A stretch of DNA of 63,869 bases, the filler included, from Rhabdomonas costata (lineage: Eukaryota): the NCBI GenBank assembly GCA_019059605.1. It is 16 parts of 16 records of this genome, joined end to end, with 100 filler letters (N's around TTAATTAATTAA, not from the genome) between each part and the next. Parts side by side here need not be neighbours in the genome. Positions count along the whole stretch, not along the records: positions 1 to 3,900 come from JAHMHO010000456.1; positions 4,001 to 7,899 come from JAHMHO010000457.1; positions 8,000 to 11,896 come from JAHMHO010000458.1; positions 11,997 to 15,892 come from JAHMHO010000459.1; 12 more parts are not named here. One strand, 5' to 3'. A program made the translations under genes and the position numbers. Numbering within the stretch: the stretch's first letter is position 1; each line of letters opens with the position of its first letter. The notes below the pieces were generated by a model, which did not search any database, was not told where the DNA came from, and saw nothing but the letters and a program-made list of their open reading frames with translations. This document shows positions 1 to 12,329 of this stretch, in pieces.

Positions 1-1
1 G

Positions 2-106
2 TGTTTCACCTCAACAGAGAGGTCGAAAACCCCCTCCAAACTTCTGTAACTCCGAAAGGTCTCCTTTTTTGGAAACGTTTTTCGACCTCTCTGTTGAGGT
101 GAAACA
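2..106. repeat. Fold-back inverted repeat at contig start (2-29 / 79-106)
   Basis: Perfect 28-bp arms. Confidence 0.9.
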
Positions 107-263
107 GCAATGCCACTTAGGAATGGCGTATCGAGAAATCGGAGGATTGCGGCGGACGCCGGACATTAACCCTCAATTTGTTCGATTGTTTTGGAGTTCG
201 GCTGCATCAGCGGCAGCTTCATTAAATATTGTGTGGTTCTACTGGTGGTGGGCGGTCGTTCAG

Positions 264-3053
264 GTTCCCGTGCAGCTTCGGTTTCCTGGGACCTTTTTGC
301 GGGCCTTGGGTCACGACAACGGCAGCCTGGGGTCCCTCCATGAGGGGGTGCGGGTGTTGTCCCTGCAGCAGCCCACTGTGGTGCGAGTCGGGGTGCCGGC
401 CACGGGGGTGACCCAGTACGCGATGTTCTTTGTGGTGGTCGCCGTGGTGGCCTCCCCGTCGCCTCCTTCTAGTGCAGACTCTGCCCGGTGGCTTCTTCGC
501 CCGGTGATTGGTGTGTGCATGTGTGAGTGTGCGTGAGTGCAGGATTCCGAAGGTTCTAAGCCTGGCAACATGTGTTCCATCAGAACTGATTAGAACTGCT
601 AGAGAAGAGGAGAGGTATTGGAACAAAACCCGGAACGTTTGAAGGGTGCAAAGCTGGGATCCTGTGTGCTAAGTCCTCGAGTAGAATGTGTGCAGCAACA
701 ACAGTCAACGACCTCCTGTAATTTTCCATGTTGAAATGGTAGAAAAGGAAGGCTCACCAGCCTGGCAGAGATGCATTATCGAGGACATGCATGCTCGATG
801 CCCATTAGGAGAATCCCAACACCGCCCATATACGTATCAGCTGCGTCAAAAGATTGCCCACCCTAGTGTGTAGCCTTGGGCCAATCAAGACATGGGTGAA
901 TTGAAGCGAATTGAAGTCCATTGTTTTAATCAGGCGGAGTTTTTTCTATATTTCTTTAGTTCGTTCCAGCCCACGCTAAGGCGGTAGCCGGCACCTGAAT
1001 CATGCGGTCTACCTTTGGGTTACGCCTCCGCTGCACCCCCGTTTGTCCAAGTTTCACTTCCTCTCCTTTTCTCTTTGCTTCGTAACACCAGACGATATTG
1101 GTTTCGTTTGCCTCGGCGACCGTCATTTCGAGCTCCGCTTCATTATCACATGAGGTGAGCCGGTTGCTCAGTTCTTTCCACCCCACCCCCCTTTCTCTCC
1201 ACCACTCCGCACCACAGGTGTGGCCTCGACGACTAACTTGTCGGTCCCGTGGACGGCTCTGCCTGGCCCGGTGGCCGTGCTCCCGGACTGCCCGGTTGCT
1301 GTGACCCCATCCATGGCTGCCACCTGGGCCTTCGAGCAGTGTCTGCCCAAGCTCAGTGCCGTGGCCTCGCCCAGCGAGCCTTCTATTCGGCTGTACTATA
1401 CACGTACGTTTCCCGTCGCCACCGACCTCCACCCATATGTCAAGACATACGCGCAACTATCGTCGTCACCGCCACCGCTGCTTCTTCTGCTGTTCTGCTG
1501 TGCGGATCCCCCGGCAACGTCTTCTTCCTGCTGTTCATGCTGTGAAGAGAAGGAAGAACACACGACACAGGAAATCCTTCTGCTTTGAGGCTTTAATGGC
1601 ACGCTTCCCAGACATCGGCCCCCTCGGTTTCAAGTTCTGCAGGATCCTGTCAGCATCCCCGCAGCATCTTTGAAATTCTGTCTCAAAGGCGCATATTTTG
1701 GCATATGATCAAGCAAAACCATGCCAGACTGAACCTCAAACTCATCTTTTCTGCCCCTTCCTCCACTTTCTGTATCTGACCAGAAAAGGGTGCTTGTTGC
1801 CATTGTCTGGTGCGCGCGGGGGGAGTTGTGACTATGCGCCCTTAACTTCGATTTCTTGTCACCTGCTTTTGTGTAGTATATTCTTTTTGTGCTTTCGTCC
1901 TCTGACTCTGTAACTGTGGACCCTGTGTACTCACTTTGCCTCTCTGGCCACCGGTGTGGTGACTTCAGCATATGTATGTGTGTGTATTTTTGCACTACTT
2001 CATATGCTGTGTCTGCGCCGGGGCTGGGACAGGGCAGTCTGAGGTTTGGGTGGCGCACTTCCCGGTGTGGCCCCCTCCCGCGGGCTCCCCCAGTCCTGAG
2101 GTCAGCCTGAGCTGGGCAGGCTTCCGCAGTGAGCGGCACCCTGAGGAGCCCCTTCGCTGGAGGCCAGCAGAGCTACTGGCCTGGTGCGCACCAGACGAAG
2201 GTCATTCCCCATCCTTGTTGGGGGATGGCGGGCGTGATCGAGGGGTAATCCAACACAACTTTCTTTGACAACTATACGTCCCTTAAAGTGAGTTGCCGCA
2301 CACCTTGCGCGCACGCATCACCGGTTGGAAATCGTTTTTTTTGCACATTTGATTCGGGTCGAGGCTGAGCAGGTGCGTCCAGTTTGGCTGACGAACCTTT
2401 TCTTTCACAAATTTGTTTGTTTGGGAAGAGTGGCGTGCCCAATGAGGTGGTTGTGGTGAGGTACGGTGAGGAGGAGTTCTAATCGGTGGTCCACGCACCT
2501 GGACACAACAGCAAAGGAATTATCAGTTGAAGCCGGTCATTCCACTTTACGGTTGGATGAGTTACACAGATACGCGCCACACAGTGGTCCACATGCTGTT
2601 GTCCCTGTCCTTGGAAAACGGTGAGGCCCAGGAGAAGGTCCACCGCCGTCGCCAGACTGTGCACCTGTACTCCCTGGACGGGATGCATTGGCACACCAAC
2701 CTTCCCAAAACCCCCCAGGCGGGCTCTGCCGGTCGTTCTTCCAACGTCACTCAGGGTGTGAGCGCCTTCCCACCTAACGCACAATCACTACACAGACTCA
2801 CCCTGGCAAACGCCAGCTCCGCGCCCGAAATGCATCCGCCGTGCTTAACACTCGGCCTGTTGTTTTCGCGCAAATATATAGGCCCCTCCACAGCGTCTTG
2901 CCCTGCGACTGGCAGGGTATTTTAGTTGTTGCCCCGCTCGACCAATGCCCATTGAAAGCCGAGGGCAAAGCGGAGGCGCCTCCCCTCATGAGTCCCTATC
3001 CCACTTTCTGCGAACGAACGAACGAACTGGTGGTGGCTGTTCCCTCCACCTGA
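264..3053 (+). CDS. Multi-exon hypothetical protein, possibly a beta-propeller glycoside-hydrolase-like fold (5' partial)
   Basis: Exons 264-510, 1218-1403, 2033-2244, 2527-2718 and 2916-3053 join in frame (RPVIG|VASTTNLSVPW; RLYYTR|QSEVW; RDRG|LKPV). IGVASTTNL, RLYYT and YSLDGMHW resemble blade motifs of five-bladed propeller hydrolases. The family call is an inference. Confidence 0.45.
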
Positions 3054-3900
3054 GATGAAGTGGCAGCGGATTCCGTTTGTTCCGATTCTGTGAGGTTCTT
3101 TCGGAGTCCGAATGAAGCACGTTGTCGCTGCGGTTTGCTTATCGCTGGCTGTCCTGTTTTGTCAGAATTTCCTTCAAATTAATCAGCAGTTTAATGCTGT
3201 CCGTTTATAAAAAGGGGTAGATTTTCACGGACTTCGTCGGGGATTTCCCACGGCGCTGCTGTTCCAGGACAACACCCCGGTCCGGGTCTTCGAGACTGCT
3301 GTGGTGTGTCCCCGTGTTTCTGTTGAAAAGACAAACAAAGGGGCATTTACCTTGCCTACAGCTGAACGTTCTCTGCTCGTGTGAACGTCTTGCGCACGAC
3401 GGGGCCACTTTTTTTTATCGTTTTTAATTTTTGGTGCGCTTAGTTGAATCAACTGCTGCCATTGCCGTTTCTCATCACAGGCGCCATCACACATCCAACA
3501 GGCGGGCACGCAAACTGAATTTTAAGCGAAGTTCTCCATTTGGTATCATCAGCGGGACACAGTTACAAGGGCTGGCATGTCGCACCGTGCTCAAAAGAAA
3601 GCGAATACCAATGCACTAGTGCATATTTCGTGGTCAAGGAACGCTCGCTTGTTGCGATGTTTCAATATTTCAATAAGGCATAACTCCAAATGTCGGGCCA
3701 TAAAAAAGAACACGAAAGGCCGCAAGTGTTACTGAAAGTATCCGTCCCGAATACAGCACAGGAGTGAAATGAACGGATCAGCATCATCGGGGAGATTCCT
3801 CCGCCACTGGAATTCCTTCACATTAGCCTCTAGGTGGTCGTCATGCACTCCACCTCTCCCCCGGAGGAAGGTCTTCAGGGAACCCCATGTGCCGTCAGTA

Positions 3901-4000
3901 NNNNNNNNNNNNNNNNNNNNNNNNNNNNNNNNNNNNNNNNNNNNTTAATTAATTAANNNNNNNNNNNNNNNNNNNNNNNNNNNNNNNNNNNNNNNNNNNN
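3901..4000. other. Artificial contig spacer (N-run, TTAATTAATTAA, N-run); first of 15 spaced about every 4 kb
   Basis: The identical all-frame-stop linker flanked by Ns recurs at about 3945, 7944, 11941, 15937, 19933, 23927, 27918, 31897, 35875, 39862, 43836, 47812, 51780, 55988 and 59945. Confidence 0.98.
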
Positions 4001-4460
4001 GTGTGGGTTGAAAGGCCTAAATAACGAACCCTGACCGTTACACATGATGGCATCCGCGTTGTTAGCGGAGGCCTAGTTAAGGTGTGAACCTGGATACAGG
4101 AAAAGAGGAATTGTATCTTGCTGATCGCTCCACTACGTGTTACACCATGAGTTTTTATATACCGTCACCGTCACTCCTGATGGCACTCGCGTCTTCGTCG
4201 GGAGCAGGAGCGGCAGAATAAAAATGTGGATTCTGGAGAATGGAATGCATGAACTAGTTACTGCTGTGCACACTAAAGCTATATGTATACTACGTCTCCG
4301 TCATTCCCAATGGCATCCGTGTAGTGAGCGGAGGCCTTGACATCAGGGCTAAAAGTGTGGAATCTGGATATTCTAAAGGATGAAAGAGCTCTTAGTTGGC
4401 ACTATGATCAGGTGAGGTCAGTTGCAGTGACTCCTGGAGGCAGCGGCGTCGTAAGTGAAG
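4001..4460 (+). pseudogene. Degenerate WD40-repeat array
   Basis: Repeats HHEFLYTVTVTPDGTRVFVGSRSGRIKMW and LKVWNL...HYDQVRSVAVTPGG lie in different frames with stops between them. Confidence 0.7.
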
Positions 4461-5299
4461 TGTTTGAATCATGTAGATCAAGTTGGTTATCACGTTGTGA
4501 TACGGGGCTCCAACAGCCGTGGAATTTATGCTGCCCTATGGCTCAGATGCGCCCTCGTTGTTTCGTGCAGTCTATAGTGGAGCCCATCTGCAAGGTTTTA
4601 TGCTCATGCCAGGCCACACTAACTTTTGCATCTGACTCCAATTTTTTAGCTGGACGTTTTGTTTTGCGCCTTTGGGTGTGCGCGATTGGTAGACTGTCAG
4701 TCGCCGATCTCCTTCGTCAGCGCCTTCCGGTCCTACTTCTTCCCAAAAGCTGCGGGCCCAGGTCGCCGGGCGTGCCGTACCACAGCCCGAGCTCGAAGAC
4801 GCAGGCTGCAAGGCGGCCGCCCCGCAGCGGGAGGGGGAGCTTTTATACGTGCATTTCCGTTGCCTCCAGCGGCGCGTTTGGCAGAACTCGAAGCTTTGTG
4901 GGCCACACGCGTCACAAATGCCGCAAACAGAGACAGAGAGAGAGAGAGGCGCCGTGAGCGGGATGTGGACCGATTCTCGAGGCTGGATGAAGATAAACAC
5001 AGGTTGTGTCGGCACCACGGCAGGGGAGTGTGACCCATTACTGGCCCGCGCCCAACGCCAGGACCAGACCGTGGTGAATGCGCTGACCTGAAACTCCAGA
5101 TACGTACCGTCCGCCCCAAGCGCGGACTTCTGAGGAAGCGGCCTGTGGAGATCATTGGAGGAAACGGGTGGCCGCGGCCGGGGCGCTAGTTGTGGACTCT
5201 TCCTCGTGGTAACGCTCCCATCCTCGACGCGACGGAGGCGCAGTGCTGCTCAGTTGAAGCGGTGGACGATGCCTTCAGCCAATAGTGGATAAAAGGTGT

Positions 5300-7899
5300 T
5301 TGGATGATGCATGCAACCGTCGATGGCACAGCTCTCTTGAGACGTTTCTGGCTTCCTGATTCTTCCCCTACATTCCCTACTGCGACTGGACTCATGACCA
5401 GTGGACTTTGGAGCTCGGTGCCATGCGAGATTGCTATTCTCCTGGCGTCCGGTTCATCCCCATCGCCGTCTGAAAGGTATTGCCAAATATATTACTGCAA
5501 CGCGTGACGGACCTGTTGAACCTGGTGGAGTTCGAGGTCATTTGGCCGGAGGATTTTGCTGAATGCCTAAGTAGCGATAATCCTCAAGGCCTCGGGTGAA
5601 TCTCGTCACCAATACAAGCGTGCCATCACCGCCTTTGACGCGGTCTATAGGCAATTGGCGAAGTGAATCAGGCAGATCTGGACCCCACTCTTCAAGGCAC
5701 TTACCTGGGCCACGCAGCCATTGGTTTCCGCGCACAGGCCAGCACGCGGCATCTCGGTTAGCTCCTCTCCGACGTCATTGACCTTAGCGACGCTGCGACC
5801 AGCCTCTGTGGCTAGTGAAGTTAGATATCGCAAGTGCTTTCAGTTGATACCCTGATTTGACTCTTCGTGGTGATCCTGGCATTTAAGAACTTCTACGCGT
5901 GGTTACAACAGCACTTCCGTTACTGAAAGCTAATTGAAGTATGGCTAACGGACTCTCCAAAGGCTGCACTGCCAGCTCAGACATGATGAACGTGCTCTTC
6001 GAGCCCTTTCATCGTTGAGATGCCACCAAGCAGCTCGGAGATGAGCTGTACTGTGATTACCTGGCCTCAAGCTGCTTTGATGTCGATGTCTTCCTTCCAG
6101 AAACCACGCTGAAGGATGTGCATGTGCTTGTAAACGCCTACCACCACTGGTGCCAGCTGCTGGTCCTCTAGCTGCACCTCAGGAAGACGTAGATCTGGTG
6201 CTGCGACATGCCTGGAGGCCGCAACGTCATCCTCCATCTTGACTCTGGTCCCATGGAGCTGACGACCCGATGGACATTTTGTATGGTGGGCATTAAGTTA
6301 GGTCCCAAAGTCCTCTCGACGGCTGCGCACGTGGATTTGCGCCTCCCCAAAGATGTCGTCTATGGAATACGGCTTGCAGGGTCCGTTCCATTACAGGTGG
6401 CCTGCCTGCACTGCCAGTTGTGGCAGACGGCCGTCCTTCCCAAGGCCCTTTATTGATGTGAAGTCCGGAACGTCATCTCAACCCAGCTGCTACCATTGTG
6501 TGCACAAGGGAAACAGTCCCTGCCTCGCCTCCACCCATGAGTCTCAACCGCTACGCAGCCGATGAAGTTCAGGGTGGTTAGTTCAGGGTGTTTAATCGCC
6601 TGCGCTGTTAGTGACCACATCCTTTAAGCGCTCTCCAGGCTGCTACTCTGGATCCAGTGTCGCGGACGCCAGTAGCAGGTTTATGACCTTGCATCGTCCA
6701 CTGGCCTCGAAGCGCGGCGTTGGCTGGATGTATACAACCCCGTTAGCGGGCGCTTTCTCTGGTCTCATTGTCGGTGCACTGCAATCTACAGGCTATTTTG
6801 GCGTCATTTTGGCCACTCCTGGCCGCGAAACCTGACTATGGAGGCCTTGTCCATCTTTCGCGCGCGGCGTCGCCAGCGCCGCGCGACACCCCATAAATGG
6901 ACGGCTCTGTCGGTTCCAGCGGATGCGTTACATCCGACCACACGAACACCATGTCGTGTACCTGTAGCTCGGCCTCGTTGCTCCACTCAGTGCTAGCTGG
7001 TGGCGCTAAACTTGGTGCACGGTTCCATTCTCCACATTCAATTCTTCTGAACGACTCCTGCGTGCCATCCATCTCCTCGCCTCATGGCACCGCTTCTACG
7101 TTTGTCGCATCATCTTTTTCAAGGAATGGGCTTTAGTTCGGAAGTTCCTGCACCAGTGGAGACTTGTGTCTTCTCCCTCCACATTGGAGAAGGTTCTAAC
7201 ACACGAAGACCGTGATGTGGCCACAGGCCATGTAAATCCATGGGTAACGTGGAGGAGAACTCCTTGGCCAAGTCTGCTGCCTCGTGGAACTTCCCACCTT
7301 TGGTCTCCGATCACCGCTTTGCTGACGCTGTTCAGCTTCTCAACGCCGCTGGAGACACCGCCTTGGACGTCTCTGCGTAGTTAGATGCCTCCTGGTGGGC
7401 TCAGCAATCCAAGGACGGGTGCGCCCGTAGTTCGCGGTTGTCCCAGCTCTACCACGTTGGTTTGAGGATTGAATTGCCATCAACACCAAACTTCCCCACG
7501 CGGCCAAACATTTGTCTACTCTGCTGCTCCGCCAGTGCTCACGTGGGTTGCCCGTGACCTGTCTGTGGCTTTGAGCACTCTGGCTTGGATGAGACCGATC
7601 ACGATGCCCATGCTGTTTTTGTGTGGCAGAGAACCTGCCGAATCTTTTGTCCCAAAATCATGGTGAAAGGCATGGTGAGAAACAAGACCGCGTTATGCTA
7701 TCCGCTGAATGGATCGCAACACATCTGACTCAGATGACCGTGGGCTTGTTTGGCGCTATCCATTTGTGGTTTTGTGCAGGGCCTGGAGTCCTGTGAGGTT
7801 AGAATAATCAACTTAATGTTCCACCTCAACCTGTGAGAGCGTTTCGCGTCTTTGGAGACGCGATCTACTGATGTCCAAGCGGAGTTCCACACCACCTAG
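5300..7899 (+). mobile_element. Decayed non-LTR retrotransposon (LINE) with reverse transcriptase and RNase H remnants
   Basis: Frameshifted motifs occur in the expected order: AIILKASGESRHQYKRAITAFDAVYRQLA (~5570-5660), IGFRAQASTRHL (~5720), QPLWLVKLDIASAF (~5800-5840), QTAVLPKALY*CEV (~6425-6465), then RNase H-like DGSVGSSG (~6900), ILLNDS (~7040) and LEKVLTH...GN (~7185-7250). Many stops. Boundaries are approximate. Confidence 0.75.
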
Positions 7900-8567
7900 N
7901 NNNNNNNNNNNNNNNNNNNNNNNNNNNNNNNNNNNNNNNNNNNTTAATTAATTAANNNNNNNNNNNNNNNNNNNNNNNNNNNNNNNNNNNNNNNNNNNNG
8001 GGGGGTGTTCGCGTGAGGTCGTGTACCGTGGGGCCTAACCCAGTGCGCTGGCGACGGTGTTCTTTTCGACTCCTGAGCTGTGACTTTTCGAGCACACCTC
8101 ACACCTTCAAAAGCAATGCCTCTACCTCAGCAGCAAGGCAACTTCAGTCTACTTGCGTTTCAAGATAGAACTCTCAAGGTGTACTTTCTGGAATGGAGAC
8201 CAAAAATTGTTTTTCCCTTTCCAAATTCAATCCCTCTATTTTGGTTGTGGGGTTCGGAGGCGATTGGCGAGTGTATTCTTTTTACTGGGCTCCTGTCTTC
8301 ACGCTATTGCGGTTATTCCAGTTGGATGTCTCGGTGTGCAGGTTCGCTTTGTTCTGCCTGGAACGTCGTTACTGTGCGTCCGGTAAAGAAGGGTTCAGAG
8401 CCTCTCCTCAGTCCCCCTCGGCCCCTGTGCAAATTCAGTTCACTTTCTTTTCGAGTTCGGTTGCGAAGTAGGCGGATTCTCGCCACCAGCGGGCACTCTT
8501 TCCCGTGAGAGACCCGAGAGCATCCCCCCGCACAGTGGTTTTGGTTGGGTGTGTGTGCGTGTGGAGA

Positions 8568-11555
8568 ATGGAGGTAACGTTGCCCACAACACTGGACCCC
8601 GCGGCGCCCTACACCCAACGCTACGCCGTGTGCCCGGACCGGGACTACCTGAACCCCCGGGAGCGGGAGTATGGCGAGGAGCCTCCTCAGGGGTACGGGT
8701 ACGGCCCGGCGTTCGTGGAGCTGCCGGAGAACCAGCTCGTGGTGACCGTGGAGCAGGGCAAGGACTGGCGCCTGGTCGACGAGAAGCTGCTGAAGCTCAC
8801 CGCCCCCTCCGTCACCATCCGGGTGTTCTCCGACGAGGAGGAGCCTCCGCCAGGGTGTGTCTGTGTCTGTTTCTGTGCGCCTCTGTCTGTGTCTGTGTGC
8901 CCGCGCGCCTCATATGTGTGCCTCACATGTGTTCAGATGTCTCGTCGCACCACATCGTGCCTTTGCTTGTCTGTCACCTTCAAGTGGTTCTTCGCTGCCA
9001 ACTGTGATATCAACAACTCAATCGTTTAAGAAATGGGGATGCGAGACGGCCTTTTGGGTTGTTATCTCACCCCACAACCAGTGTCTAGTTAAGTTCCCTC
9101 CCGCGTACATTTACCGGCACGAGGTTGCAGGGCTTTCGCTTTTCCTCCTCGAACCAGCACCCGCGAACGCACATATCACACCACGGTTCAGGTATAAAAA
9201 GGAATCTACCCGGTGTCTAGGAAACCCGTTGTCATCACCTTAAATCCGAAAGAGGTGATGATGTAGCACCATTCAACCATTTCCTCCTTGAATGTCTTCT
9301 GTCTCCCAAAGACAGAAAGTGGTATGCACATATCGATATTTGGACCCTTGTCAGTGCCCAATGCCCACCTCTATGCTGTTTGCCGCAGGTCATGCATCGG
9401 CCCAAGGCTCACCTCGGACACCGTGGTACAGGCCAAAAACCCTCCGGCTGCCTCTCCGTCCGAAGACCCCTCTACAGCAGCGGCCACGGTGGAGCCTGAC
9501 ATGGCCCTGGGGCAGTGCTACCGCACCCGCAGTGTGTTGCCCGCAGGTGGCGGTGTGCTGGAGTGGGGCGAGGCCGTCGCCGTGGGCATCCCCGCGCACA
9601 CCCGCCTGCGGATTAGGATGGATGTGATTGACCAGGAGCGCGACGGCGAGACCCAGGTCCTCACCTCTCTCTCTCTCTCTCTCTTTTCCCTCACCGAAAC
9701 TGAGTCCCGACGCATACGCAGCTTACGGGTGCAAACGACAGGCGATCACTGGCAGACTTCTCCACCTCAGCCAGCCCGCAATGCGCTTTCTCTCGGGCCT
9801 CGCTCACATGCACTTAGAAGTCCGCGAGAAGGACTTTTCCCAGTCGCTATATTGCGAAAGCCCAAAAGCCAGTGCCCAAAGAACCCCTTCTGCTTTTACG
9901 GCTTGTTTTTGTTTTTTTGCCGGTTGTGTGAGTTTCTCAATTTGCCTGGAAGTGTGGCTCACAACATCCTTCACTCCCTACCAGATACCAGATGGAACAG
10001 GCAACTTCAGACATACCGTTTTTTCTAGCAATGTGAGTTTCTTTCCGTCATTCTCTCGTTTATTTTTTCAATTGCGATACGAGCAGTGCTGTAAGCTCTT
10101 CCTCGACATTCCTCATATCCCTGATCCCATGCATCCCTGTATGAATGAGTGAGTGAGTGAGTGACAGTGTGTGTGGCCGAGGGAAAGTGGTGTGTTTTTT
10201 CTCGGAGCAGGCCATCGGGTTTGTGGATGTCTCGGTGCACCGGGTGAGCAGCTCCTCAGTGTGGATCAAGCTCTTCCCCACGCGCTCCTTCCGGCGCCAC
10301 CACGGGCTGCCATGCAAGCGGCTGCAGGTGTGCCGCAGCAGAGGCTTCGCTTCTCTCGCCAGTCTCCCCTTCGTGTCCGGGCAGAAGCTCCCGCTGCAAT
10401 GGGCCTTGGAGATGGAAGGGGTGGTTTTCTCTGCCTGAGTGGGCTTGTGAGCAATTCCTGAACGCGTGAAAATGGATATAAATATGCAGAATCAGAGGGG
10501 AGAGAGCCACTGCTGAGTCTCGCGGGTCTTTTCTCACCACTTATATTACAGCCAATGTATCGCCATCGCCACTCCCCGCTGCCCCACAAAAGCTGGACTT
10601 GACCATTGATGATCGATTGATGATGGAGGGCTTCTGCCGCCCTTAGTCGACGGAGAGTTCCGTATTGCCATCACAGAACTCCAATTCCCATGTTCTCCGG
10701 TTTCCCGTTTCTTGGGGGTCTCTCATCTCTTTGGATTGGAGTCTCACGGGGGTGCAGGGGCGTTCGTGCCACTCTGCGTTTCACAGGAGGATGCTATGCT
10801 TCGGGTAAGCTGGCAGTTCCAGCGCCGCAGCACCCTGCAGCTGGATGCCCCCTTGCTGGCCTCCCGGGGCGGGGAGTACAGCGCCCGTGGGATGTACGCC
10901 CATGCCCACGTCTGCTACACTCGGCTGCTGCTGGTGGAGCCTGCGGTCTGTCCGCTCACGGGGCGTCATCTCTCTTTTACTCACTCTCTTCTCTTTCTCT
11001 GTTATTTTTCATTTGGAAAGCGCTTCAACTTTGCCCTTTTCTGCCCTCAGCTGCCTTCTGCCCAAATATTGAGCGTGAGGGGTCGTGGATGCGCGCGTTG
11101 TTATATTTGCATTATCTCTCCACCTCGTCTTTCTCTCACTTTATGTCTTTCATGGTGTTTTTTCTCAGCATTTGTGTTTGTATATGTCTCAGGACACCAA
11201 GGCGCAAGCCCGCCTGCAGCTGTGTGAGGCCAACCTGCGTAAGAAGCCCTCGGACCTCCTACCCGCTGATGCGTGGTCCCCCGGGCGGCCCTTCCGGCGC
11301 TCCCCCTTCGAGGCCTCTGGGGCCCCCGTGACTAACCTGGAGCTGCGCCGGGAGTTCAACAAACTGGACCCTGAGCAGAAGGGGTGGATCCCCCGCGCCG
11401 CGCTGGCGGAGGCCCTGGTGGCGCAGGAGCACTTCGGGGCCCCAGCCCCAGCCCCACGGGTAGAGGACTGGCTACAGCCATGCTGCGGAGAGGACCCCGA
11501 GAAGGTGAGCTTCGAGGAGTTCGCGATTGTCGCGCTGAAGCTCTCGAAGCGCTGA
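8568..11555 (+). CDS. C2-domain protein with C-terminal EF-hand pair (I/6-autoantigen-like module)
   Basis: Exons 8568-8854, 9389-9656, 10211-10327, 10787-10945 and 11193-11555 are all GT-AG and phase-compatible. C2-like motifs are VLEWGEAV, LRIRMDVIDQE and IGFVDVSV. The C-terminus is EFNKLDPEQKGWI...KVSFEEFAIVALKLSKR*. Confidence 0.75.
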
Positions 11556-12329
11556 GAGAGAAGCGCATTTGTGAGCGGATGGGCAGCTTTGAAGGAGGAA
11601 TGCACTCGGCACTACACCTCCTCCCCATAAGCTGCCCGCCAGCGCTCCGGCAGCTGAGCCCACTCCTCCTTCTCCTGTTTTTGGTGTCTGTAGGTTGTGT
11701 GTGTAAGTGTGTGTGATTTGCACTGCTGCCATCGTGCAAAGGTGGTTGGAGGTGGGTGGTGATAGTAATCATTTTCAGCAGTGGAAATAACTCCAGAGCA
11801 TTTCGAGGAAAGCTAGTGAGCCGGGGAGCTCTGCCAACCAAACCCCTTCCCCACGCCGGTGTCGCATTACCTACAAATCGAACTTCAGCCGTGATANNNN
11901 NNNNNNNNNNNNNNNNNNNNNNNNNNNNNNNNNNNNNNNNTTAATTAATTAANNNNNNNNNNNNNNNNNNNNNNNNNNNNNNNNNNNNNNNNNNNNTGTG
12001 GATGGTGTATTAAACCTGCCGCCTCATCCATAATCGAGTTCTACAGGCCGAAATCTCCAAGAAATTCCGGCGTCCCCAATAACCCCTCCCCTACAAAATC
12101 GTCCCTCGAAATCCACCTACAGCGGTTGGCCGCAAGAGTAATACGCCCCCACAGCAAACATAAGGGTTTTCTGGTCACCGAGCCCATCAGAATAGTTTTG
12201 AACCTCGTCGTCATCGTTAAAGGGGTTCAACAACTTGTTAAACCGTTTAACAGCTCCCCCCTCCCACACACACGAAAGAAATGCATGGGACCCCACACCT
12301 TCCATGGCGCAGGGCGGTTGAAGGCAGCC

